Shown here in pieces: positions 1-10,577 of a stretch of 64,000 nt of DNA. The position numbers were made by a program, and so were the translations under genes. Where the stretch lies: the NCBI GenBank assembly GCA_038496445.1, contig JALMLS010000237.1, positions 39,304-103,303 on the forward strand, in the 5' to 3' direction. The notes below the pieces were generated by a model that did no database searches, was not told the DNA's origin, and was given only the letters and a program-made list of their open reading frames with translations. This stretch comes from Trichosphaerium sp. ATCC 40318 (taxonomy: Eukaryota; Protista; Tubulinea). Position 1 is the stretch's first letter; every line of letters starts with the position of its first letter.

Positions 1-439
1 TCTAGGTTGAGGAGCTAATTTACCAACCGAGTCCTAATGATGGAAATGTTATTTCTTAAAAACTCCGCTCAACGCATAGATTACTGAGACCAACGCTGTT
101 GAAAAGCTTACCCTCTGTTTAACATACTGTTTCCTACAATAAAAAAGATCGAGGTGAGTTTTATCACGTGACTATCGAGATAAAGTTGTAAATAAAAACC
201 GTACTTACCTTTGAGCTTTTACTGTATTTATCCATTCAAAAATACGCTTACATACGCCAAAAACCATTATGAGTAATGTAGCTCCTGCGAAAGCGATAAA
301 AATGAAATGGGCTTGTTAACAGTGTTAAAGGTTGTTTGATACTAATGGCGTTCAAACCTATGCGTTCTTCTCTTTCTCTTTCATCTCCTGTTGTGTTGGT
401 TGAGTTGTTGGAAGTGAAATTCGACGCTGGAGCTATCAT
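1..439 (-). CDS. 5' part of a spliced gene of unknown function, running off the window start
   Basis: ATG at 439 (MIAPASNF...NGFW), followed by GT-AG introns and micro-exons reading ..WLKAQ-RKQYVKQR-EITFPSLGL..; divergent from the CTD phosphatase gene. Confidence 0.55.
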
Positions 440-670
440 TTAAGCAAAAAATGGTTTCACATAAGTACTTGATATCGCAGTAATAAGCAAGCACTAAATA
501 GAAAAGAAAATCAGCCGGTACTTTTTTTATGGACCAAAATCGTATTATTATTTCCCGCCTTTGCTGTATACCAGCATACAGCCTTTGTAAATCCATTGGG
601 CCAAACGCAGGTCACTTAATAGTACCGCTTGGTAATAAGCCACTATTTTGTGTTTCTGGGCGCGAAACAG

Positions 671-3126
671 ATGACCAGCCGAAAACGAAAGGCTGACGTA
701 TTGAAGTCACCTGTAAAACGACTGCGACGCGATTCTGCTGCTAAAGACACCACAACAAGTTACCTTGGTTCTCCCATAGCTAGCATTAAAAGCCTACTAG
801 GATGGAAAGCTGACAAGGTAATTATTCTAATAATCTCTCCTACCCGTCGCCTTGTACTTTAGCTTGTTCAGTACATACAATACGACACCATGCGGCGTAT
901 TCTAACCGTTACAGCTTGCTGTTATTCTCAGCTATTTTACAGGCTATTAAATACCCCACAGTGAATTAAATTCGTACTAGGGACAAACAGACGGTAGAGA
1001 CGCAAAAAGGCTAAAAGTCACACCTAATTCACCATCGTTCATTACGAGCTCCCCACATAAAAGTCGTGCAAAACAAAAGTCCAAACCTTCACGCTCAGCG
1101 AGAAATTTAACGGCAGTATTTAACCAAGTGGCTGCTAGCGAGGCTGATGAGGCAATAGGAGAGGAGAATGCGGTACGTTTTAGGCGATTTTAAACGCATT
1201 AGTGGTCGCCTTCTGACAAAAAAAAAACCCATCAAATATTTTTATTGCGTCTATTTTACTCAATTTTTCGCTTCCCTACGCTCATAGATTGCAGTACTAT
1301 ACGTTTTTATTTTTTTCCCCTGATTTGACACAAACCGCTTTATTTTTTTTTTGCTTATGATTTTGCGAGTTTAGATCTCTGACGAAGCGACTGATACATA
1401 CTCAAGTATTATAGAAAGATTGTTTTCTCCTGTGCTAAAAGCATTTCAAGGCCCATCCGAATTATCAGGTACAATTTTTCGCGTGTACGCGCTAATGCTT
1501 ACGCGGATTTTTTGTAGAGACCTCTGAAGATGATAATAATGTATTACGCTCTCTAGAGTGTAAAGAGACCCTTCTTGATGAAGGGGAAGAAGTGATCGAG
1601 CAAGAAGAGGAAGAGGAAGAAGTTGAAGAATTCGATCCGTACGTCATTTGCGAGCTTCCGTACCTGCACTGCGCATGTTTTTTTTTGAATTAAATTAGTC
1701 AGAAACGTCAAAAAAAAGCGTTTGTAAATCAGAAAGTAGCCTGAAACGAGTTACCTTGTACTAACATTACTTGTAGATGGCTGTTTATGTATTCTTTACC
1801 AAAAAACCCTCCAAAACCGATTATTGGACCTGTTTTACCAAGGAAACGATGTAAAAAGAATACTCTAGTGTTAGATTTGGACGAAACCCTTGTACATTGT
1901 AGTTTAGACCCAGCCCGACGAGAGGGTTGTGACTTTGTATTAGATATCTTTATAGAAGAAGAAAAGTGCAACTACACCGTACGTGTTTTAAAAATTTTAG
2001 TTTGAAGAACATAAAACCAATATTTGGTCTAAAAGACTCTCAAACTATTTCGTGATTTTTCGACCAAACCAGTTTCAAAAATCTCGCCTTTACAAATGGA
2101 TACGGCCATACAACCATGAAAACTCCGTGTCTCTTTCCGAACCGCGAAGATAAGCATGGTATGGCCCTGCCAGTACTTGGGTCCGTGAGGACCAGGGAAC
2201 GTAGGGTGCTGTATTCATTTTGCTTCTTTTTTCCTTTTCGATTGTGCATGTGGACGCAGGCAGCGATATCGTCTCTTGTGTTTTTATTATGTAGTGTTAA
2301 TGTTCGATTTTTTAGGTATTTTGTTATGTACGACCGCACTTGTATGAATTTTTAAATGCTGTTGCGAATAAGTTCGAAATAGTTTTATTCACAGCATCCC
2401 AGCAGGTACGCTTTTTTTATCCAAAAAAACCTCATGAGAATCCATTAATATCCACAAAAGGGATACAAAGTTGGAGTGTCTCTTTTTCGTTCTCTGATTA
2501 TTTGTCATAAACCGACTGTTTTTTTTTATTTGTACTTACTTTTTTTAGGTCTATGCTGATGTTCTCCTTGATAAACTTGACCCAGATGGCAAATACTTTC
2601 ATCATAGATTATTCAGAGACTCTTGTGTAGTATGGCAAGGTAATTGTCTGAAGGACTTGCGTGTTCTGGGTCGTGATTTGTCAAAAGTTGTAATTGTAGA
2701 TAATTCACCTTATGTTTTTGGTTTTCAGGTACGCTTCTTCTCTAATCTCATTCAAGTGCTTGGTTGAGGCAAAAATGACCGCTGTGAGCCATGTTTGTAT
2801 ATTATAGATTGTGCAGCTCGCGCCTAGCAGTCCTTACAAACGCGAGGGTTGAATGAACTCTCAGTGCTTTTTTTTTTCTCGTGCTTCTCTTTTTGATAAA
2901 TGAAATTGTACTCATTGTTATGTTGTTTTAGGTTGATAATGGTATTCCTATCGAATCATATTTTGCAGAACCATCTGAAAAAGGAGATAATGAATTAATG
3001 AAGCTTGTACCATTTTTAAACAAAATTCAAAAAAGTAAGGAAGTTAGAGATGATGTACGTTCTACGTTCAAGTCATCTGAACGTATTGAAGAAGCAGGTA
3101 AACGACGAGCACGTATGTCGTCATAA
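671..3126 (+). CDS. CTD small phosphatase-like protein (FCP1/SCP HAD family, CTDSPL2-like), multi-exon
   Basis: Spliced translation has [12 protein letters not shown] (DxDxT), [47 protein letters not shown] and NGIPIESY; basic N-terminus; stop TAA at 3124-3126. Confidence 0.93.
2098..2216 (+). rRNA. 5S rRNA gene nested in intron 1979-2315 of the CTD phosphatase gene
   Basis: 119 nt, GGATACGGCCATAC...GGGTGCTGTATTC. Helix I GGAUACGGC/GCUGUAUUC, helix II ACCAUG/CAUGGU, loop C CCGAAC, box A-like AGATAAGC, loop E AGUA/GAA, helix V CCCUGC/GUAGGG, helix IV closed by a GUGA tetraloop; T-runs follow (Pol III terminator). Confidence 0.93.
2748..2877 (+). ncRNA. Candidate structured intronic RNA element of unknown family
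   Basis: Three hairpins with G-U pairs (favouring the + strand), ending in a T10 run, inside intron 2729-2931. Confidence 0.35.
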
Positions 3127-3239
3127 AAAACAAAGAAAAGAAGAAGAAGAAGCTTGATATCATGTCCACTACACCTTTTACCTTTTGTGTACTTGTAATA
3201 TAAAGAAGTTAACAATTTTTTTTTGGTTGTTTTTTTTAG

Positions 3240-3650
3240 CCGAATGTTTGCCTTGACACCTGCCAATGCCTTGATGCCGTGCTATTAATACAATACAATG
3301 TTTGTAGATAGTGTCTACAGCTCATTGTGAAGTAGGTCAGCTTCTCAGCGTTTGTATTCTCCCCATTTAAGCCGCAAATTGAATGCTTGACTTTTCTTCA
3401 AGAAGACAAAAGTACTGTTCATCGATAAACAAAATCAGATTTCTCACGGGTTTACTATGTGTGATCACAAAGCCATTACAGGTATTGTGTCGTTCGTAGG
3501 AGTATGTTAACATTAATGGTATACACGGGGATCTTATCTAAAGTGGAACTGTGGTTGCAACAGATACGACTGACATACTTTCAGAAAATTATGAGCCAAA
3601 GTAAACCACAACACTAAAACATATTGAAACCTGGAGATCATTGAACCAAC
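3240..3650 (-). pseudogene. Decayed F-box/LRR paralog relic
   Basis: Minus strand encodes GIKALAGVK (about 3255-3280) and VYTINV, matching the repeat unit of the 4380-5951 gene, interrupted by stops and frameshifts. Confidence 0.5.
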
Positions 3651-4379
3651 CGAATAAATACTTGTGAGTCTGTCGTCCTTGTACAATAATCCTAATTAGT
3701 ACAAGGTCCCACTCCGACAGCGATTGTTAATACAGTTTTGTCGTATTGGTTTATAAGATGCTATATCTGTCACGCAAGTGTAGAACAGACATCAGGCGAT
3801 AGATTTTTGTTGTTCGTATTTTCTTCTGTTCTAGTTCCTTTTTGACAAGTAGTTTAGCTATTGCATCATATGTATTTGAGCGAAAAAGAAACAACGCTCG
3901 TGGTAGAGACGGAAACTACCGTAAAACGTACCAGTAAGCGCTGTCTATCTCAATGCAGGTGTACTCCATCAGCATTCATAAGTTCGTTGCATTTCTTTGG
4001 TAGCCTTCCACGCTTCCCCAAGAGTACTAGAGCGTTACTCCAATCCGAGACTGCCTGTTTCATGACAGGTAACCACTTATCACCCTGCCGAAGACTATGA
4101 TGAGATGGCTTGGGCAGTATCCGCTACTGAGGCTATTTCCTATACGCCGCTTGAAGAGACAACACTTATCTGCAAAATAAACAGCTTCAGCAATTGTACA
4201 AACGTTCATTTGGTGCGATTCTGTGATTGTTGAACGTGTTGTGGCGTCGTGAACAGAAGTTTCAGTTTGTTCCCGACTTTTGGTCAAAGGTAGCGAAGCA
4301 TTTTATAAAAATAGGATTGTGTTCTAATTATATCTTAAGGTACCCTTAAGCCAGCCATTATTCTAACAAGTATACAAGA

Positions 4380-5951
4380 ATGAACTCAAACAGCGCTTTC
4401 TTTGATGAGATTCCAGTTGAAATCATTATTCATATTCTACAGTTTGCTTCCGTGCTATCTATTCGTTTAGTAGCGCGTACATCTAAATTACTATCCAGCG
4501 TTACCATACAACACTTGCTGTGTGATAATAGGAAAACTATACCGATAAATACAAGAAAAAAGCTTAGAACTCTATTCAAGACAGCTCCGTACCTTATAAA
4601 GAAACATACTCTTATCCTGAAATACTCTATCAAACAAAAAGACTTAAAGTACCTACAAGGTGTTTACGGTCTTAAATTGAAGGCGGAGTTGACAAACAAA
4701 GTTGATTTTAAACGCTTACAGGTGGTTGATTGTATTGACTTAACATGGTGTAGCAAAGTGACTAATGATCATCTTAAACAACTTGCTGGTATACATAAAA
4801 TTCTATTACGTTCTTCATATGTTACAGATGAAGGTGTGATTGCATTAGCTGGTGTTCATACAATTGCTATACGTGCCGCAAAAGTTACAGATGTTGGTGT
4901 TAAAGCATTAGCACTTGCTGGAGTTCATACGATTGATATTAGCAACTGTTATTTCGTTACAGATGCTGGTGTTAAAGCACTGGCACAAGCAGGTGTTCAT
5001 TCTATTTCTTTAAGGTTTTGTACTGTTACTGACAAAGGTATCAAAGCCTTGGCTGGAGTACATAAACTTAATCTCTCAGGCACAAAAGTTACAGATGATG
5101 GTATTAAATCATTGGCTGGTGTTCATACGATTGTACTAGACAATTGTGGGTCTATAACAGACGAAGGTGTAAAAGCGTTGGCTGGGGTTCATGCCATTGA
5201 TTTACTTGGGTGTAATGTAACAGATGACAGTATTAAGGCTCTTGCTGGTGTACACACAATTTATTTACGTGCTTGTATTCAGGTTACAGGTGATGGCATT
5301 AAAGCACTCGCTGGTGTTCACAAAATTAATCTGCGTGGTACTAAAGTTACAGATGAGGGTGTTGCAGCTTTAGCTGGTGTACATACAATTGATTTAAGTG
5401 GTTGTAGTACTATAACAGATACTGGCATTAAAACATTATGCGGTGTTCATTCCATTAATGTAAGTGGTTGCAATATTACAGACGAAGGCATTAAACCTTT
5501 AGCTGGTGTCCATACAATTAATTTAAATGGCTGCAATGTAACAGATGCTGGAATTAAAGCACTCTCTGGTGTCTATAAAATAGATATTGGTTACTGTGAT
5601 CAAATTACAGATGATGGTATTAAGGCATTAGCTGGTGTTCATGAAATTGGTTTACGTTGTTGTAGAGTTACAGATGACGGGGTTAAAGCATTAGCTGGTG
5701 TTTATTCGATTGACTTAACCAATTGTACAGGGTTAACAGATGAAGGTGTTAAAGCTTTAGCCGGTGTTCATAAAATAGAACTTATAGCATGTAATCAAAT
5801 TACTGATGATGGTGTGGCAGCATTGGCTGGCGTATATTCAATCAATGTACTGTATTGTGAACGTATTACCAAAAAGGGCATCAAAGCTTTAGGTGATGCT
5901 GATATTATAGGTAGAGAAGACTCTGAAAGGATATCATTGTTAAACTCATAA
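4380..5951 (+). CDS. Intronless F-box/leucine-rich repeat protein, 523 aa
   Basis: N-terminal F-box (FDEIPVEIIIHILQF..IRLVARTSK) and about 19 repeats of 21-24 aa, consensus GVHxIxLxxCxxVTDxGIKALA. Confidence 0.92.
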   Translation: MNSNSAFFDEIPVEIIIHILQFASVLSIRLVARTSKLLSSVTIQHLLCDNRKTIPINTRKKLRTLFKTAPYLIKKHTLILKYSIKQKDLKYLQGVYGLKLKAELTNKVDFKRLQVVDCIDLTWCSKVTNDHLKQLAGIHKILLRSSYVTDEGVIALAGVHTIAIRAAKVTDVGVKALALAGVHTIDISNCYFVTDAGVKALAQAGVHSISLRFCTVTDKGIKALAGVHKLNLSGTKVTDDGIKSLAGVHTIVLDNCGSITDEGVKALAGVHAIDLLGCNVTDDSIKALAGVHTIYLRACIQVTGDGIKALAGVHKINLRGTKVTDEGVAALAGVHTIDLSGCSTITDTGIKTLCGVHSINVSGCNITDEGIKPLAGVHTINLNGCNVTDAGIKALSGVYKIDIGYCDQITDDGIKALAGVHEIGLRCCRVTDDGVKALAGVYSIDLTNCTGLTDEGVKALAGVHKIELIACNQITDDGVAALAGVYSINVLYCERITKKGIKALGDADIIGREDSERISLLNS

Positions 5952-6511
5952 TAAATAAATAAGACTGTGAACAAGAAGTTTTACTAAAAATCTCTCATTG
6001 CACTAGAACCATTCTTTTATGGCGTTTGTGTAAAATTAGCCTTTGACATTAGGCCAGAGAAAATGTTTCTCTAGTTTAGTATTTCGTAAGAGGGGCACGT
6101 GATTTTTTAATGAAATACTTTTTTCTGTAGCTTTTATTGTTTGAGCGATAGGTTCTGTTGGTTGCGTACTTCCTTACTTACTAGTATGGACAATGCACTT
6201 TTCAAAACACCCTCAAACCCTTGTAGTAGCTAGTTACATGTACGAGAACGGTATAGGTGATGTTTTGGTTTGTGAAACGTTGTATTAAAATTCTGTTTTC
6301 TGCGTGCTTGTAGATTATTTGAAAAAGTGTCAGTAGGCTAGAATGTCTAACTTCGTTTCTTCTCTGACGTGTGCACCGATAAGAAACAGTTTAAAGGTCT
6401 ACAAGGCAGAAAATTCAGGGAAAAGAGCCAAAACTTTCCTTGTTTGAGAGCAACGTCATCAAAAGTGCCACGCTATTTATTATATTGTAAAACAAATACA
6501 GATCAAGCAAC

Positions 6512-7900
6512 ATGGCTCTACAACCTACAACAGACCTCCCACCCGCTTTGCGTAAAACGCTGTCTAAAACTTCCGGTAGCGTACCGTTTAAGAGCTGGAT
6601 AATGCCTACAAAGCCAGCGTTAACGCTTTATGGCAAATCAAGGTATATTTACTTAAAACTACTTGAAATAGTCATATACGCTTTAGATCTGCTGCTGGTA
6701 CCATATTCTACATACCAGAGTTAAAATGGTACGAGTTAATTAGCAAGTATACTTAAAATAGATAATAACAATCAAACAGGTCTCTAGACGCTGGATTAAG
6801 TGGTAATTGAACGTTGTATTTACTTTTTGTAACGTTTAAAAGGAGTGCCATTCATTTTCCATTCGTTTGTAACTCACTGCCACATGGACCACATGTACGG
6901 CGTATTACTGCTCATAACAACTAATGTTGACTTACTGTATAGTTTGGTACTACCTGGAGTTGCATCAGCGTTCGCTGTGTATCAGAAAAGGCCTAAAATA
7001 TACTGTCCATCAGAAAGCGTAGATTATTTACAGAAGTTCATCATGTCTGGTTTAGAGGCCAACTGGGGAACTCCCTTTGATAAAGAAAAAGGTATCTTGT
7101 GCTATCAAACACATGTGTGTACTAGATATCACGTGTCTTACACTGTTAAGGTAAATTGGGATATGACATTCTCGCAGTTAATGGTAAAGATTCCATGGAT
7201 GTACCTGGATGCAAACCATGGAAGGTTGAAGTTTTCAAGTGCGTATTCATGTACCAGTGCGTTTCTAATGTGTGCGTACTGTAGATGTGATCACACAATG
7301 CCTTGTGTTGGCTATGGATACTTTAAAGAGAAGCAAAAGCTAAAGCAAGAGTATAAAGGTCTTGACAAGAAAGAAATCATAAAACTAAGAAAAGCTGGCA
7401 CAAAAATAACGTCATTAGTAAAGGTACTATTTCGTGAGCACGAACGGCTTGTATGATAGTCTAACTCAGGTTTCGTAGGATCCTGTATTTGCTTTCCTGG
7501 GAGATACAACCGCTAAGGTGTTTGAGTGGCATCCAGAGGTTCTAGAATACCCAATAGTAAGTTTCTTGTTTTTTTCGTTGTTTGTCACGTGACAATAGTA
7601 AAAAACGTGACGCGTTGATTGATTTTAAAAAGGTTATTGTGGAGTGTACTTTTATTGACAATGATCATGTTGATGCTGCAAACGAAAAGAAACATATGCA
7701 TTGGAAGTACTTGCAACCTTATGTCAAAAAGAACCCAGAAGTAATTTTTGTTTTGATTCACTTCAGGTACAAAGAAGAAGGTTCTGCCAACATTAGTACT
7801 AACTTTTTTTTTCACAAGTCTACGCTATACAGCTGATTATATACTTTCTTTCTTTGATAAACCAGAGAACAAAGCTACAAATATAATACCGTGGGTGTAA
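6512..7900 (+). CDS. Short-form RNase Z (tRNase ZS)-like metallo-beta-lactamase, multi-exon
   Basis: Spliced motifs GKSRSAAGTIFYIPEL, LDAG, FVTHCHMDH, HTMPCVGY, KLKQEYKGL..EIIKLRK (exosite), FPGDT, VIVECTF, KHMHW, LIHFS. Confidence 0.88.
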
Positions 7901-7936
7901 AATAAAAAAAAGTTGATTGTTTTGATTTTGTGAGGT

Positions 7937-9111
7937 TTATGAAAGCATAGATTCTTCCTGTACACCCATAGCAATCTTTATTCTCTCAAGATCTGCTTGA
8001 TTCATTTCTTTATAAGCGCTCCAATCGGAATCAAATAAATCCTGTACATTCTCAATGCCATTATCCTGTCAACAACATTAGTATAGCTTTTACTTACTTT
8101 TTAATTAAAAATATGTCAATGACGTCTACGCATTCCATGAGCATGTTCGTCGCAATGAGTAATACCACAAATTGAAGTGATAGTACATGAAATTGCTCAG
8201 ATAGCTGTCTTGAAAGGAATGTCGAAAAATATAAAATAGTTTTGAAGTTTTTAAACTATTATCTTGCCTGGAATAGTTGTAAGTATTCTGTCAATCCGAG
8301 ATTTGATAAAAAAGAGAAAATGTCAACACTGTTGATACATCGAGACGCTGAGAGAAGTTCTTTATCTTGTATTTGTGCAGTAGAAAGCTAAATACATTTG
8401 CAATTAGAACAAAAAATAAACTCTTTATTGCTCACCGCTACTTTAATTTCTGTTGCCACTGTTGGTGACCAAGAAGCTGTTGTATAACAAGCTCCAAAAC
8501 AACAACAAAGAAGGGTAAAAGGCCATAGAGGCACTAAACCTAAGTACATAGTTAAAAAAATACCAACAAGTAACTTTTTCTCAACGACACTTCTTTTTGT
8601 TTGAACGTTTGAGCGACGTACCCCACAAACAGCAATCTGTACCCAACTTTTTACAATGTTTATCCCTTCTCTAAGAGTGAATAATAAAACCAGCGTAGGT
8701 TTTTTCGAAAGAACTTTTCTCTTACCATGTCAAACCATCTTGTGTTTGCCCATCTACAAAAACAAAAGACTGCTGTGGTCTACAACATACACAAGACCAA
8801 TAACTGCCACTAACGATTCGAAATTCACGTCTATCATAAATAAAACGTATAACATGGCCACAGAGTGTAGAACCACGTGGGTTTACTGCTTCTCCGTTAA
8901 TATAATAACCCTAAAAGAGCCGATTACAACAAAATAAAATGAAAAAAAAGGAAAAAAAATCAAAACAAAAGATTTTTTGTACTTGACCACACCCACGTGA
9001 TATTCCTTTTATCGTGTACGATTTACCATTTATTATTGTAGTCGTACTAAAGAATACATTCTTATTCGCTCTTGGGCTTCTCTTATGCTTTCTCTTTGGC
9101 CGTGAGGACAT
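7937..9111 (-). CDS. Protein with a Cys-rich hydrophobic segment and a C-terminal SAM domain
   Basis: Spliced C-terminus DIFSFLSNLGLTEYLQLFQ|DNGIENVQDLFDSDWSAYKEMNQADLERIK is SAM-like; the join needs a GC-AG intron at 8267-8069. Confidence 0.65.
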
Positions 9112-9755
9112 TTTTGGGCGAATGATTATGTGTTTCGATTGATCATGAGAAAACTTGGTCAACGTGTTTTAAAAGTCACATTTGACACTTCAACACGTGC
9201 CACAAAGAGTTAAGTACATACAAACACTCCTCTGTGTATTGAAATGGTGACAACAGTAACAGAAACAAAGAAAACGAAGGCACAAAGTGCGAGAAAGCCA
9301 AACAACCGATTTTAATACAATTGCAGCTGTTTTTACGCTACGTACGTTTGACTGACGCTGTTCTGGTGACTTACTCCATCGTTAATACAGAGCAATAATT
9401 TACACCTCCAAAAAAAAAGATACGAAAAGTACACGTGTTTTTTGCAGATAAAATTCTATTTCAGAGGTTGCTTTAAACTAGTGTTGCACGTGATAAAACA
9501 TCGTTTTCACGTGTACAGAATCCCTAGTGCTCTTTGGTTGTAAACCCTCTTTAGGAAAAAGCCATGACAAGGCGCTAAGGTATTTAATACAAGAATCACT
9601 AAATTATGGAACCGGGCTAACGTATTCCGTAGGTTATTTTTCAGATGCAGCGTATAGTCTTAAACGACAAAGCTTGGTCACAAAGGTGCTTACGCACTGC
9701 GTCAACTGAATTCTCATTTTTTTGAGCCTGTTACCAAACTCACTCACCTCACGTA

Positions 9756-10150
9756 ATGCAGGACGCAAAAGAATTCGTATCGAAATGGCTTGAATCATGG
9801 AATAGTCATGACATGGAAAGTATTTTAAACCATTACACTGAAGATATTGTGGTAACTACACCAATGATCAAAATAGCTACAGGTTTGACTTCTAACCACT
9901 GCCTCAATAGCTAACTGTTGCTTTAGGTGACGAAACTGGTACACTGAAGGGTAAGAAAGCAGTTTCAGAGTACTGGGCGAAAGCGTTGAAGAAAATGCCT
10001 GACTTGAAGTTTAACCTTATTGACATCACTGTTGGTGTTGATTCTGTTGCTATATACTATCATACTGTACTTGATAAGAAATGTGTTGAGGTCATGTTTC
10101 GTAACAAGGAAGGTCTTGTTTATAGAATGTACTCACACTATACTGAATAA
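9756..10150 (+). CDS. SnoaL-like / NTF2-fold protein of bacterial type, one 44-nt intron (9883-9926)
   Basis: MQDAKEFVSKWLESWNSHDMESILNHYTEDIVVTTPMI..G|DETGTLKGKKAVSEYWAKALKKMPDLKF..VGVDSVAIYY; not in the ORF track. Confidence 0.88.
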
Positions 10151-10577
10151 ACAAGAGCCTGCATTGAGTAGATCAAACTCGTTGTGGCCTTGTTTTGTAC
10201 CAATTATCAACGCATTGTATATTTCTTTGCACACGTATACAGGAGCACTGTTAAGTCTTAGTGGGTGCTATAGCTTAGGGGTGGACGTAAATAATGCTGT
10301 GTTGTTAGCGCTAAGGCTAGATTGTCCAGATGGTTTGTGAGCACAGTTATCCCTCTCAAGTACGCAAGGTAGCTTATGTATCCTTAGAGAGTACTTTGTA
10401 ATGATAGAGTCACGTGCTTGCTACTAATCAGGATTACCTTTGAAAAGTAGCTTAACGTTAACTGTACAACAGCGCTATTTCAGGCCAACTCCGTGAAAAA
10501 AAAGTACAAGCGTTGTAGATTTAGTTGCATGACGGAGCAGTTAAAAGTATGGACAGTGATACTGTAATCATATCACT

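Noticed and set aside
2080-2097. ATCTCGCCTTTAC resembling U5 snRNA loop 1
   Set aside because: It lacks one U of GCCUUUUAC, and has no flanking stem or Sm site
2116-2355. 79-aa ORF and the overlapping 99-aa antisense ORF
   Set aside because: They overlap the 5S rRNA and intron; spurious
3800-4330. Short ORFs on both strands upstream of the F-box/LRR gene
   Set aside because: No recognisable domain and stops in all plausible spliced frames; may be decayed sequence but cannot be supported
4700-5900. Regular 63-66 bp periodicity as a CRISPR-like or DGR-like array
   Set aside because: It is coding LRR periodicity with synonymous variation; no identical repeats with spacers, no cas or RT gene
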